Source: a virus. From it: 39,245 nt of DNA. The stretch lies in the IMG/VR virus record IMGVR_UViG_3300045988_032692; one strand, 5' to 3'. This document shows, piece by piece, positions 23,857-32,229 of this stretch. Position numbers and translations under genes: made by a program. Within the stretch, counting starts at the first letter, position 1; every line of letters begins with the position of its first letter. The notes under the pieces are model-generated. The model ran no database searches. It was not told the DNA's origin and worked only from the letters and a program-made list of their open reading frames with translations.

Positions 23857-24084
23857 TTAAAGGAAATTTTGCCGCCCCAAAAGGTAGTCCGTTGATACTT
23901 CGAAAAAATCCGCGATCTGCGCGAGGGATGAGGCTGTCGGTTCGCGGTCTCCGCGTTCGTACTGGCTTATGACATTTTTGGACATCCCGCAGCACTCGCT
24001 TAGTACCTTTCGTGAGATTCGGCGCCTCTCCCGCAGCCTTTTAAGCCTCACAGGGAATACCGTGTTAATTTGTTGCTGCTCCAT
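23857..24084 (-). CDS. XRE-family HTH regulator (75 aa), last gene of the early/middle operon
   Basis: VRLKRLRERRRISRKVLSECCGMSKNVISQYERGDREPT. RBS GGAGG upstream of the Met at 24084. A hairpin follows the stop. Confidence 0.75.
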   Translation of the reverse strand: MEQQQINTVFPVRLKRLRERRRISRKVLSECCGMSKNVISQYERGDREPTASSLAQIADFFEVSTDYLLGRQNFL

Positions 24085-24250
24085 CGACTTCCTCCACATC
24101 ATCATCAAGCGAATCAAGCATTCGTTGTGCTCTTGTGTGCAGGCCCTTTGCCTTGATGTAAACCGCGATCCCCAGCGCTGCCCACTCAATCAACACCAAG
24201 ATATTTAGAATATCGATAATCAAGTTATCTTCCCTCCGCTCTTCAAACAT
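24065..24250 (-). CDS. Possible small membrane protein (61 aa)
   Basis: One TM segment, IIDILNILVLIEWAALGIAVYI. Start uncertain because RBS spacing is poor. Confidence 0.4.
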   Translation of the reverse strand: MFEERREDNLIIDILNILVLIEWAALGIAVYIKAKGLHTRAQRMLDSLDDDVEEVDGAATN

Positions 24251-24337
24251 TCCTCGCACGGTATCGGCCCATTCTCGTCCGAATCCAGAAACCGTTCGTA
24301 GAGATCGCACCACCACGCGATGCAGAATTCACAGCTA

Positions 24338-24598
24338 TTACAGTTCTTCATCACTGTCACCTTCCAAGATTCCTTTGATTACATCCGCGTTGGCCTTGAT
24401 AATGTCCATTACAACGTCACTCAAGATATTCGCCGCAAACACAGCTTTGTCTTGCCCTGTTGCGTTGTAATACCCCGTGTTCGTTGTCCCATCTTCTGCG
24501 GTAGCAACAATGCAAATTGAAGAGGGCTTGAATTCCAACACAGTTTTCAGAGATTCTTCCAGCCACGCGGAATATTCCTGCTTTGTAATGTCTTCCAT
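24338..24598 (-). CDS. Hypothetical protein (86 aa)
   Basis: ORF track. 1-nt overlap with the dUTPase stop. Confidence 0.6.
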   Translation of the reverse strand: MEDITKQEYSAWLEESLKTVLEFKPSSICIVATAEDGTTNTGYYNATGQDKAVFAANILSDVVMDIIKANADVIKGILEGDSDEEL

Positions 24599-25011
24599 TA
24601 TCGCCCCGTGCTCCCGAACCCGCCGGTTCCTCGCTCGGTGTCTTCCAGAGACCCCACCACTTCCAGCTCCGGCAGCAGACAGGGCAGGATCACAAGCTGA
24701 GAGATTTTGTCGCCCTTGCGCACCCTGTATGGCTTGTCCGAGTGGTTGTAGAGCTTGACCATGATGCTCCCTGTGTAACCAACGTCGATCACGCCCTCGC
24801 TGGTAATCCCATACTTGACGTTCAATCCGCTCTTGCTCTTGAGAAAACCGACCGTGTTTTTTGGAAGCTGGATATGTACCCCTGTATCAAACAATTCACT
24901 GTTTCTTGGGTAGATATAAACATCATCATACGCCGAATAGAGGTCGAGCCCCGCGTCGAACTCATGCGCCCGTGTCGGCATGATCGCCCACGGCTCCAAA
25001 ACAATTTTCAT
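24598..25011 (-). CDS. dut: dUTP diphosphatase
   Basis: Motifs FDAGLDLYS, GVIDVGYTG, RGTGGFGSTGR. Confidence 0.9.
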   Translation of the reverse strand: MKIVLEPWAIMPTRAHEFDAGLDLYSAYDDVYIYPRNSELFDTGVHIQLPKNTVGFLKSKSGLNVKYGITSEGVIDVGYTGSIMVKLYNHSDKPYRVRKGDKISQLVILPCLLPELEVVGSLEDTERGTGGFGSTGR

Positions 25012-25228
25012 AGCAGTTTTTCAATTCCTTTCTGACCGCGTAGAGCTTGATCTCCAGCTCTGTCACCTTTTTCTTCATGTCTCTGTAATCCTCGACTTCC
25101 ACTTCCGATGTCGTCAGCGGCATCCCGCACTTGTTACACTTGTAATACCGCCGGAAGAGAACCCCGTCCTCCGTCGCGCCGTATCTCGACGAAACGCGGA
25201 ATTCCCCGCCGCATTTGCACTGGATCAT
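24962..25228 (-). CDS. Zinc-ribbon protein (88 aa)
   Basis: CKCGG...CNKCG pair, then a coiled coil. ATGA-coupled at 25228. Overlaps the dut start by 50 nt. Confidence 0.55.
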   Translation of the reverse strand: MIQCKCGGEFRVSSRYGATEDGVLFRRYYKCNKCGMPLTTSEVEVEDYRDMKKKVTELEIKLYAVRKELKNCYENCFGAVGDHADTGA

Positions 25229-25545
25229 TTGTCCCACCAGTCCTTTATCAGGTCATTTCGCTCAAAGAACGGCTGGAAGTACCCGCCGCAGACCTTTTGC
25301 AGAACATAATCGATTCTCGCAATCGCTTCGTCGGATTCCGGCCTGCACTGCCATGCGACGCCGTACTCGGATTCCAGCTGCGTCAAGGTCTCCATCAGCT
25401 TCCTGGCCTTTTCCGGCGTGCGGACGAAACCGCACTCATAGGCCGCCACCAGAAGAAGGTCACACGCCTTCTGCGTCCCGGCGTCCACACCGGCATCAAA
25501 GTACTTTTGATTGCTGCTCCTGATCCGCTTTGCCAGCTTTTCCAT
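25225..25545 (-). CDS. Hypothetical protein (106 aa)
   Basis: ORF track; RBS GGGAGGAG. Confidence 0.6.
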   Translation of the reverse strand: MEKLAKRIRSSNQKYFDAGVDAGTQKACDLLLVAAYECGFVRTPEKARKLMETLTQLESEYGVAWQCRPESDEAIARIDYVLQKVCGGYFQPFFERNDLIKDWWDK

Positions 25546-25669
25546 GCTGCTCCTCCCTTTCGCACTCTTTCACCGCCCAGAACAGTTTGAGATACGCTTC
25601 GCGCTCATCGTCCGTATCTAGCGGCATGAGCTTCGGGGCCATCATCCTCCATGCCTCCATGTACGTCAT
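25496..25669 (-). CDS. Possible 57-aa ORF (below the track threshold)
   Basis: Hand-translated MTYMEAWRMMAPKLMPLDTDDEREAYLKLFWAVKECEREEQ... ATGA overlap with the ThyX-like stop. Its 3' 50 nt overlap the next gene. Confidence 0.3.
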   Translation of the reverse strand: MTYMEAWRMMAPKLMPLDTDDEREAYLKLFWAVKECEREEQHGKAGKADQEQQSKVL

Positions 25670-26265
25670 GCCTTGCTCCTCGCTTTCCGGAATAGTTCGT
25701 TGTACTTGTCATACCGTTCCTGAATGTTCGTGCTTGCGATCTCAGGATGGAATTTCAGCCACCATTCATACATCCCGCACGGGTGAAGCTCCGGGCATCC
25801 ACATCGGTAGACACAGTTCGGGACGAGCACATCGGCAATCTCCGGCTGGATCTCATGCAGCTTGGTCTTGAAGTCCTCGGCGTAGGCCCGCGTTTCCGGA
25901 GCAGCCTGACTACACAGTCTCTTTCGCATCGTGTCGATAAGAGCCTGAACGTTCGCCTCACCGACGAAATTGACTGGCGCGTCCTGCGTCAGCTTGTCCC
26001 GCAAAATGCCCGTGCGGTCGCTTCTCTGGGTCGAGATGCAGCACTCCCATTTGTGCCTCGACCAGTGTGTGGCGATCCAGCTCTTGATCCCGTTCCACAT
26101 CCACTTGACCGAGATCGTGCGGATCGGCCCATGCTCTGCAATCAGGATTCTGCGCTTGAAATCCTCGCTTGGCTCATGCCCGAGCGGCGGTTTCCCAACC
26201 GTCGCCCGGCAATCGTCTACAACCTCTTCCCATGATCCCTTGATCTTCTTGATTTCAGTGTTCAT
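25666..26265 (-). CDS. Divergent ThyX-like (flavin-dependent thymidylate synthase fold) protein
   Basis: AEHGPIRTISVKWMWNGIKSWIATHWSRHKWECCISTQRSDR aligns by eye to the ThyX core, but the RHRx7S/SQRY signature is altered. NVQALIDTMRKRLCSQAAPETR resembles the ThyX helix. Confidence 0.5.
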   Translation of the reverse strand: MNTEIKKIKGSWEEVVDDCRATVGKPPLGHEPSEDFKRRILIAEHGPIRTISVKWMWNGIKSWIATHWSRHKWECCISTQRSDRTGILRDKLTQDAPVNFVGEANVQALIDTMRKRLCSQAAPETRAYAEDFKTKLHEIQPEIADVLVPNCVYRCGCPELHPCGMYEWWLKFHPEIASTNIQERYDKYNELFRKARSKA

Positions 26266-26292
26266 TGTTCCTCCTCACAGCACGGCTTTAAC

Positions 26293-26520
26293 TTATCCAT
26301 CCCGCACCTCCACATTTGCTTTTTCTAGCAGATCGTCCAGCCAGGACTCGTCGCTGCACCCGATAAACGTCCCGTCCTCGTCGTAGTACTGATAGGCCGT
26401 ATATGGGCGGGCCTCGATCCCGGCATATTTTCGGAGCAGGTCGTGTCCGTCCTCGATGTCAAATGAGCACGCTTCTTCGAGTTCATCCATCTGCGCCTGA
26501 GTGATGTACTTAGCCATCAT
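26293..26520 (-). CDS. Acidic hypothetical protein (75 aa)
   Basis: ORF track. Abuts the upstream stop. Confidence 0.6.
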   Translation of the reverse strand: MMAKYITQAQMDELEEACSFDIEDGHDLLRKYAGIEARPYTAYQYYDEDGTFIGCSDESWLDDLLEKANVEVRDG

Positions 26521-26703
26521 TTACCCTCCTGCAATTATTTCTGCCATACCCTCCGGCAGAGCGCCGAATGGGTCGAGCATTTTTACAATTTTCAGCTTCA
26601 TGAGCCTCTCTGCCTGCCGCTTTGTGAGCTTTGGCCGTTCCTTTGGCGGAATCTCTCCGTTCTTCGCCGCAATGGCGGTGGGATTGTACTTATGCTGTCC
26701 CAT
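26521..26703 (-). CDS. Small basic protein (60 aa)
   Basis: Last 60 codons of track ORF 26521..27036. Met at 26703 with GGAGGG 9 nt upstream. Confidence 0.5.
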   Translation of the reverse strand: MGQHKYNPTAIAAKNGEIPPKERPKLTKRQAERLMKLKIVKMLDPFGALPEGMAEIIAGG

Positions 26704-27058
26704 CCTTCTTGCCCTCCACTTCCTCAAAGTAGAACTTGATCGGCTTTTCGTTTTCAACGACATTCCCGTAAACCACGCCCACCTTGTAGATGTAGTTCTC
26801 GCGGAGCTTGCGCGGAATCTCCGCAATATACCGCCGGAATGTTTCCAGAGAATTTGCCCGCTTGTAGTGGTTGCACATCCGGCATGCTGGCATGAGGTTC
26901 GAGAGATCATCGCTTCCTGCATCCTCATCGTCCCACGCTCGCAGCGGCCGGAAGTGGTCAACCTGCATGTCTCGGATGTCGATAGACCGTCCGCAGTAGG
27001 CACAGTGACCGTCATACTTCGCATAGACCGCTTCACGGTTTTTCTTACTGAAACTCAT
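26690..27058 (-). CDS. HNH endonuclease
   Basis: CAYCG...VDHFRP...NLMPACRMCNHYK. Confidence 0.85.
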   Translation of the reverse strand: MSFSKKNREAVYAKYDGHCAYCGRSIDIRDMQVDHFRPLRAWDDEDAGSDDLSNLMPACRMCNHYKRANSLETFRRYIAEIPRKLRENYIYKVGVVYGNVVENEKPIKFYFEEVEGKKDGTA

Positions 27059-27366
27059 CCCTTGCCCTCCATTTCCGCCAGCGCCTTTTCAGCTTCTTCG
27101 CTGACAGCCGTTACAACGCCACCCTTAACCGCAGCTTCAAAATTTTGCAGCGACATATTGAATATGATTCCGCGCATCTCATACTCAACAGCCGGACGGA
27201 CATTCTTCATAATGCGTGGATGCTCTAAAAATGTACTATCAATCATATTCGCGCCCACCTTGCACGGCAGGACAATCACGCGGCCCTCTTTGTCAGCCAC
27301 ATGCAGGTTGTGTGCTCGCTCAATTCTGGACGTGTCATTGTCCTCATAGGCTTTCAGTCGTTCCAT
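27055..27366 (-). CDS. Hypothetical protein (103 aa)
   Basis: Met at 27366 with AAGGAGG 7 nt upstream. Confidence 0.6.
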   Translation of the reverse strand: MERLKAYEDNDTSRIERAHNLHVADKEGRVIVLPCKVGANMIDSTFLEHPRIMKNVRPAVEYEMRGIIFNMSLQNFEAAVKGGVVTAVSEEAEKALAEMEGKG

Positions 27367-27694
27367 CGGCGGCCTCCTTGTCCTCAAACTGTTTCAAGTG
27401 TTCGCGAAGCTCTGCACACACCCACGCTGCCTGATAGAGCAGAGCCAAAACGTGCTCGAACGATTCAACATCTTCCCAGAGCCATTCGGCCATCATCATC
27501 GAGAAGGAATCATCCGAGATATCCAAGTCCACATACGGGCAGTTCCATCTGGTCAGATCCAGCGACAGGTCGAACAGGCTGATGTCTGCGCCGTCCTTCC
27601 CGTATCCGCGCACCCAGACTTCCTTGTCCTTGACGAAAAACAGATTAAGAGCCATCTCGACGTTATTTTTCGGCGAATCCGTTGTAAGTCTCAT
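27344..27694 (-). CDS. Hypothetical protein (116 aa)
   Basis: ATGA-coupled start at 27694. Confidence 0.6.
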   Translation of the reverse strand: MRLTTDSPKNNVEMALNLFFVKDKEVWVRGYGKDGADISLFDLSLDLTRWNCPYVDLDISDDSFSMMMAEWLWEDVESFEHVLALLYQAAWVCAELREHLKQFEDKEAADGTTESL

Positions 27695-28083
27695 TCCTCG
27701 TCCACTCCTTTCCATTCCCATTTGCTTCCTTTTCGGCATCCTGCGCAGGGGCAATCTTTGCTACAGATTGAGCACCCAACCCATGCGCGGCAGCAATTCT
27801 CATCGACATCAACGTTTTTGCAGTGCCGGCAGAATCCTCTTATCGTGTTTATCAGAGCCGCTTTCTCCTTTTCCAGCCGCTCGATCAGCTCGGCGGCTGC
27901 GATATGGACATCGTCAACGCCGCAATAGCGCATCTCATCCGTCCCAAAAATCTTTTGCATATCGGTGTCTTCTATTTTTTCATCCCGCAAGAACGGGCAT
28001 GTGCCGCAATCAATCTCTCTTTCTGGCGGCGGAGTTGCTCTACACCGCAGCGCCCGCACAATTTCTTCCGGTTTCAAATTCAT
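27691..28083 (-). CDS. Cys-rich hypothetical protein (130 aa)
   Basis: ATGA-coupled start at 28083. C-terminal cluster CRHCKN...CCRAWVGCSICSKDCPCAGC. Confidence 0.6.
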   Translation of the reverse strand: MNLKPEEIVRALRCRATPPPEREIDCGTCPFLRDEKIEDTDMQKIFGTDEMRYCGVDDVHIAAAELIERLEKEKAALINTIRGFCRHCKNVDVDENCCRAWVGCSICSKDCPCAGCRKGSKWEWKGVDEE

Positions 28084-28961
28084 ATCAAATCCTCCCGAAA
28101 TTCTTCTAATACTTCCTGCCCCGGAAGCACGTTGTTTTCCATCCATGTGTGGAACACATCCACTCCCGTCTGCCAGTTCCCGCCTTTTCCAGCGATCCGG
28201 CGGTTCTCCAGCATCCGATCGAACGCCCGGATATACGCCTGTTTATGCTTCGGCCATCTGGTGAAATCCTCCAGGCGTTTTCGTTTTGACGCCAGTGGAC
28301 AGCCGATACACCCCACGCGGGATAGCCCGCAGCCATAAAGCGGATTCATGCAGATCTTTTCTTCCTCCACATAATCCCATACGTCTTTGTCCTCCCATCC
28401 GATGATTGGATTCACGATGCGCTTTCCTTTCATCTGGCAGTTTTCAAACTGCATCCGTCCCTCATCGTTGTCCTCCATCAGCATGAGTTTCTGCTTCGCG
28501 TTGTGTGCCTGCACTTCGATCAGCCCCCGCCCGTTCCTGCGCTTCGGGCTTTCCGCCCAGCGGACACCGGTTGCAATAAAGCGCCCCTTTCCACTGACTT
28601 CTTTCAATTTCTCGCAGCAGTACCGCATGAGCCTCGTCGGAGGCATCATTTTTTTCGGTATTAAATTCCACATGGTAACGCGCTTCCCGTCCGGCTGGAC
28701 GTGCGCGTCGATAATGCACTTTACGCCCTTTTCCTCCATTCGTCGGAATGTGTCCCGCACATGGCGAACGGTTTCCGGTGCGTCCGCCGTGGTCAAGGAA
28801 TGCAAAACCTCGAACGGAATACCGCTGTTTTCCGCCAGCCGGAGCAGCACGTCCGAGTCCTTGCCACCCGAGTATGTAATCACAAGCGGCTGCTTGTAGA
28901 GCTTCAAGCTCTGCGCCGACGCAAACCGCAGCGCCTCAAACGCGCTCTGTTCCAAATCCAT
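28080..28961 (-). CDS. PAPS-reductase-family PP-loop protein (IbrA/DndC-like)
   Basis: PP-loop ITYSGGKDS. C-terminal Cys cluster CGLSRVGCIGCP. Confidence 0.85.
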   Translation of the reverse strand: MDLEQSAFEALRFASAQSLKLYKQPLVITYSGGKDSDVLLRLAENSGIPFEVLHSLTTADAPETVRHVRDTFRRMEEKGVKCIIDAHVQPDGKRVTMWNLIPKKMMPPTRLMRYCCEKLKEVSGKGRFIATGVRWAESPKRRNGRGLIEVQAHNAKQKLMLMEDNDEGRMQFENCQMKGKRIVNPIIGWEDKDVWDYVEEEKICMNPLYGCGLSRVGCIGCPLASKRKRLEDFTRWPKHKQAYIRAFDRMLENRRIAGKGGNWQTGVDVFHTWMENNVLPGQEVLEEFREDLI

Positions 28962-29161
28962 TACAGCAGCCCCGCTTTCCGTAATCTCTCCACGCTCTTA
29001 CACCGCTTTTCCGCGTCCGCAGTGTAAGCGTTCCGGTCTCTTTCAGCCCCATTCTCCCGATATTCCGCCTGTTTTGCTTCCTCATAGGCCAGATAAGGCG
29101 CACACTTTGTGTGGCATCCCACTACCCGCCTCGGGCAGTCCCTCTCACACGGCGGCTTCAC
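28961..29161 (-). CDS. Small Cys-rich protein (66 aa)
   Basis: CERDCPRRVVGCHTKC. Coupled on both sides. Confidence 0.55.
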   Translation of the reverse strand: MKPPCERDCPRRVVGCHTKCAPYLAYEEAKQAEYRENGAERDRNAYTADAEKRCKSVERLRKAGLL

Positions 29162-29730
29162 GGCAATTCCTCCACATATCCCCAGCTTTGAAATGGCCGC
29201 GTGATCGCCACAGGCTCCATGCCGAACCTCGTCTTGCGCAGCCCTGTGAACTCTCCTAGCTCCTTCGGCTCATCGTAGATCTTCAGGTTGGAAATGTGCC
29301 AGCCGTAGCCGCAATGTAAGCCCAGATATCTTCTCACCTCGTTGAATGTCAGGCAGGACTGCTTTGCAAGCTCATTTGTCGTACCTTTGTCTGTGCTCGG
29401 AACGATGTACTCGCATCCATTCGGAACGATGTCATATATCCGGTCGCACACAAATTCACCGATGACCTTCTGACGCTTGCCCCACATATCGCAAACTGAG
29501 CCTTCGTCCGTTTTGATGAAAACCGGCTTGCCGTGATAAATCTCGCCGTAATTCTCGTCGCCATCTTTCAGGATACCGATGAGCCGTTCTTCTGCCTTTG
29601 TGCAGTAGATGTAGCACTTGAAAGGCGTTTCCATCTTCGGCCGCGTCTTGCGAACCTCGATGGTCTTTTCGCCTAACACGATCTTCTCGCACCATTTTGG
29701 ACGGATGCTGATAAGTACCGCTTTACTCAT
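29158..29730 (-). CDS. ASCH (PUA-like) domain protein
   Basis: N-terminal ISIRPKWCEKIVLGEKTIEVRK is the classic ASCH start. Confidence 0.7.
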   Translation of the reverse strand: MSKAVLISIRPKWCEKIVLGEKTIEVRKTRPKMETPFKCYIYCTKAEERLIGILKDGDENYGEIYHGKPVFIKTDEGSVCDMWGKRQKVIGEFVCDRIYDIVPNGCEYIVPSTDKGTTNELAKQSCLTFNEVRRYLGLHCGYGWHISNLKIYDEPKELGEFTGLRKTRFGMEPVAITRPFQSWGYVEELP

Positions 29731-30091
29731 CCGAGATCACCACCCTCATGTAATTTTCATCGTGGAAAAAGCTATGTTTCTCTCTGTAATGCCGCCGGTC
29801 ATCGTTCCGCAGCAGCCAACCTTTGATCGCATCCACGGTCATCTTCTCAATCGCCGCATGGTTGTCTATGTCCATGCGGGTGTTGTGCCAAAAGGAGATG
29901 GACACCGGCTTTTCAAACAGCCGAACCGGAACGCCCTGTTGTCTCAGGCACAGCCGCACAAGCGCCTCAAGGTCTCTGGCGTCCGCTGCCCGGACGTGGT
30001 GGTTCTTGCCTGCCCAGTAGGAGTTCAGGCCGTAGCGCTTCGTCCACGCGCTCTTGCGGGCAGGATAGGGCACAGTGAACTCAATCGTCAT
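29723..30091 (-). CDS. rusA: RusA-family Holliday junction resolvase
   Basis: MDIDNHAAIEKMTVDAIKG...LRNDD matches the RusA catalytic Asp pattern. Confidence 0.75.
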   Translation of the reverse strand: MTIEFTVPYPARKSAWTKRYGLNSYWAGKNHHVRAADARDLEALVRLCLRQQGVPVRLFEKPVSISFWHNTRMDIDNHAAIEKMTVDAIKGWLLRNDDRRHYREKHSFFHDENYMRVVISDE

Positions 30092-30437
30092 GTTCCGGCT
30101 CCTTCGGCACCCACAGGTGGCAGTTGTAGCGCTGCTCCTTGCCTTCTGGCCTGAACATGCAATACCCGTTCCCGCAGTTCTCGCAGCTCCGCTTCTTCAT
30201 CCCGACGATCTCATCGTAGAAGCACTTCGCGTCCGCGACCGCTTCCTCGTACCGCGCTTTGTAGTCCTTCGCCCTCGACACCAGCATCCCGCGCTCCTTT
30301 TTGATCTCATCCAGCACATGGTTTAGCCGGAGGATTTCGCGGACCTGTTCGTCGGCATGGATTTGAAGCTCATAGAGCTTCGAGGGGTTTTCACAGTGCT
30401 TACAGGCGATTGCCCGCGCCAGTTTTTCGAGAAGCAT
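30081..30437 (-). CDS. Hypothetical coiled-coil/Cys protein (118 aa)
   Basis: ORF track. Confidence 0.6.
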   Translation of the reverse strand: MLLEKLARAIACKHCENPSKLYELQIHADEQVREILRLNHVLDEIKKERGMLVSRAKDYKARYEEAVADAKCFYDEIVGMKKRSCENCGNGYCMFRPEGKEQRYNCHLWVPKEPEHDD

Positions 30438-30504
30438 TTACCGTTCCTTTCCCGCTGCATCTGCGCAGCGTTCCGCGCGGCTAAATAGCCGCAGTTCGTT
30501 GTTC

Positions 30505-31059
30505 TCATTCCGAAGCAAGCCTCATCGGAAGCACCATTTTGATATCAGCCTGATTCGTCCGGATCACCATCGGAGACGTTGGCGTCCAGAATTCCATCAC
30601 GATCGGGGTGCGGAACGTTTTCCCGGCGCTGATTTTTGCGGCTTGCAGCGCGTCCAGCAGGTAGTTTCCGTTGAATCCGATCCGGAAGTCTGCGTCACCC
30701 TTTGGCACCACGTTCTTCCACTCGAACGGTTCTATATTCCTAGGCTGCTCAAACCCGAACAGCGCACCGTTGCACCGAATCTGCACTTCGTCCCCGACCA
30801 GCTCAATCGTCGCATACTGCTTCCCCGGCAGGCGAATGCCGCCGCGGAGGTAGACCGTGAAGCTCTCGTCACACGTTCCGATCACGGAATGTTCAACGCT
30901 CAAACGGTATCCATCACAAGCGTATGCCTCCACCCGCAGCGCCACGGCGTCAAAGTCAAGGCGTATGTAGCCAAACTGCGCTTTGTCTCCGCTTCTGCAA
31001 AAACTTTTCGTCGCATCCATGATGCGGTTGAAATCATTTCCGAGAATTCTAGCTTTCAT
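30505..31059 (-). CDS. Half-size DNA polymerase III beta sliding-clamp-like protein (184 aa)
   Basis: AYACDGYRLSV (like the domain I motif TDGHRL). GFNGNYLLDALQA and the C-terminal MVLPMRL are hallmark DnaN domain III motifs. Only about two clamp domains long. Confidence 0.6.
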   Translation of the reverse strand: MKARILGNDFNRIMDATKSFCRSGDKAQFGYIRLDFDAVALRVEAYACDGYRLSVEHSVIGTCDESFTVYLRGGIRLPGKQYATIELVGDEVQIRCNGALFGFEQPRNIEPFEWKNVVPKGDADFRIGFNGNYLLDALQAAKISAGKTFRTPIVMEFWTPTSPMVIRTNQADIKMVLPMRLASE

Positions 31060-31064
31060 GTTTC

Positions 31065-31814
31065 TTAGTCCTCCTCCATCATCCGGGCAATGGCCTCGCG
31101 CTCCAAGTCGGTGAGCTTATCGCCGTGCCTTTGCACGCCATACCCCGGTTTTGCGTGATATTTACTCTCCGGCGCTGCAAGCTCATCCTCCCAGCGCCCC
31201 TGATTCAGCCAGGTGGTCGGATTCGGGATAAAGCGCCCATTCTCCGTCGTCCATTGTTCGCTGCACTTCTGCCGCTCTATGGCGGACAGGAGTGATTCAA
31301 CAGGTTCCCTGACCTTGCTGAATGCTTTCCTAGCAGCTTCTTTCCCGACTTTTTTGGGATACGCTTTCCAGAATACGTCAAACTTATCGTCCTTACGTTC
31401 CTTCTCAGAAATAGAAACACTTTCTTTTCTATTTCCATTTCCATTTCCTAAAGGTAATACCGTGGTATTACCATCGGCGTTACCATCCGGTATACCAGAT
31501 GGAGCGCTTTCTTTATTCCACCGTTTTGCAATGTTCTCTCGTTGACGCTGACAATGCGCGTCCCGTTTTTCGATCTCCTGCTCCATACGGTGGTTGTAGT
31601 ATTTCCCTTCCTCGTCCTGCCGGAACTTGCTCAGAACCTCTTCAGACGGCTTCTTGACCGCCCGTGTGATCTCCTGCATCGTCATGTGCCCCCGTTCCCT
31701 TTGGAGACACAGGAGCGTGATATACTGCCCACGCTCCCGCATATCCATCAGGGCACAGCCGGAGAGGAAATCCGACGTGTAGAACAGGACAGCAGGGTCT
31801 TTGTTCTTTGCCAT
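31065..31814 (-). CDS. DUF1376/YdaU-type replication initiation-organiser protein
   Basis: N-terminal PAVLFYTSDFLSGCALMDMRERGQYITLL. Gly/Asn linker that encodes the iteron-like DNA. Confidence 0.75.
   Translation of the reverse strand: MAKNKDPAVLFYTSDFLSGCALMDMRERGQYITLLCLQRERGHMTMQEITRAVKKPSEEVLSKFRQDEEGKYYNHRMEQEIEKRDAHCQRQRENIAKRWNKESAPSGIPDGNADGNTTVLPLGNGNGNRKESVSISEKERKDDKFDVFWKAYPKKVGKEAARKAFSKVREPVESLLSAIERQKCSEQWTTENGRFIPNPTTWLNQGRWEDELAAPESKYHAKPGYGVQRHGDKLTDLEREAIARMMEED
31431..31500. repeat. Iteron-like array (candidate origin) inside the initiator gene linker
   Basis: ATTTCC x3 (31431..31448). Perfect 9-bp inverted repeat GGTAATACC-GT-GGTATTACC (31453..31472). TACC cores at 31458, 31469, 31481 and 31493 (11-12 nt phasing). 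Confidence 0.45.
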
Positions 31815-31820
31815 ACCTCA

Positions 31821-32228
31821 TCACCACGGCAAGGTGGTATCGGTGTCCTCGATCTCACTGAAACCGCCTTGCGGGTCGTATTGCGGTTCACCCTGCGTCG
31901 TCTTGTCTCTCTTGGCCTCGCCAAAGTAGACGTGATCGGCGAGGATCTCCGCCGAGCGGCGTTTATTGCCCTCTTTATCCTGCCAGTTGCGGATCTGCAA
32001 CCGTCCGGACACAATGGCCATCTGGCCTTTTGAGAAGTACTTCTCGACGAACTCCGCTGTGTATCTCCAAGCGACAATATCGATGAAGTCAGTCTCTCTC
32101 GTCTCGCCCTGCGCCGCGAAGTCGCGCTCACAGGCCAGCGTGAAGGAGGCAACCGCAACACCGCTGCTTGTCCGTCTGAGTTCCGGGTCGTGCGTGAGCC
32201 GTCCCATAATCGTAATTGTGTTTAACAT
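31821..32228 (-). CDS. ssb: Single-stranded DNA-binding protein
   Basis: OB-fold pattern ITIMGRLTHDPELRRTSSGVAVASFTLA. Acidic tail ending DTDTTLPW. Confidence 0.9.
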   Translation of the reverse strand: MLNTITIMGRLTHDPELRRTSSGVAVASFTLACERDFAAQGETRETDFIDIVAWRYTAEFVEKYFSKGQMAIVSGRLQIRNWQDKEGNKRRSAEILADHVYFGEAKRDKTTQGEPQYDPQGGFSEIEDTDTTLPW

Positions 32229-32229
32229 T

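Noticed and set aside
23857-24250. The small TM protein plus XRE HTH pair as a toxin-antitoxin module.
   Set aside because: There is no recognisable toxin fold, the start of the TM ORF is poorly supported, and the pair is simply the tail of the early operon ahead of the late-gene boundary. A regulatory role is more parsimonious.
26690-27058. An HNH endonuclease acting as a terminase-associated cos-cutting factor.
   Set aside because: It is about 4.3 kb and more than 10 genes upstream of TerS, and the TerL looks PBSX/headful-type. HNH-assisted packaging systems have the HNH gene adjacent to the terminase.
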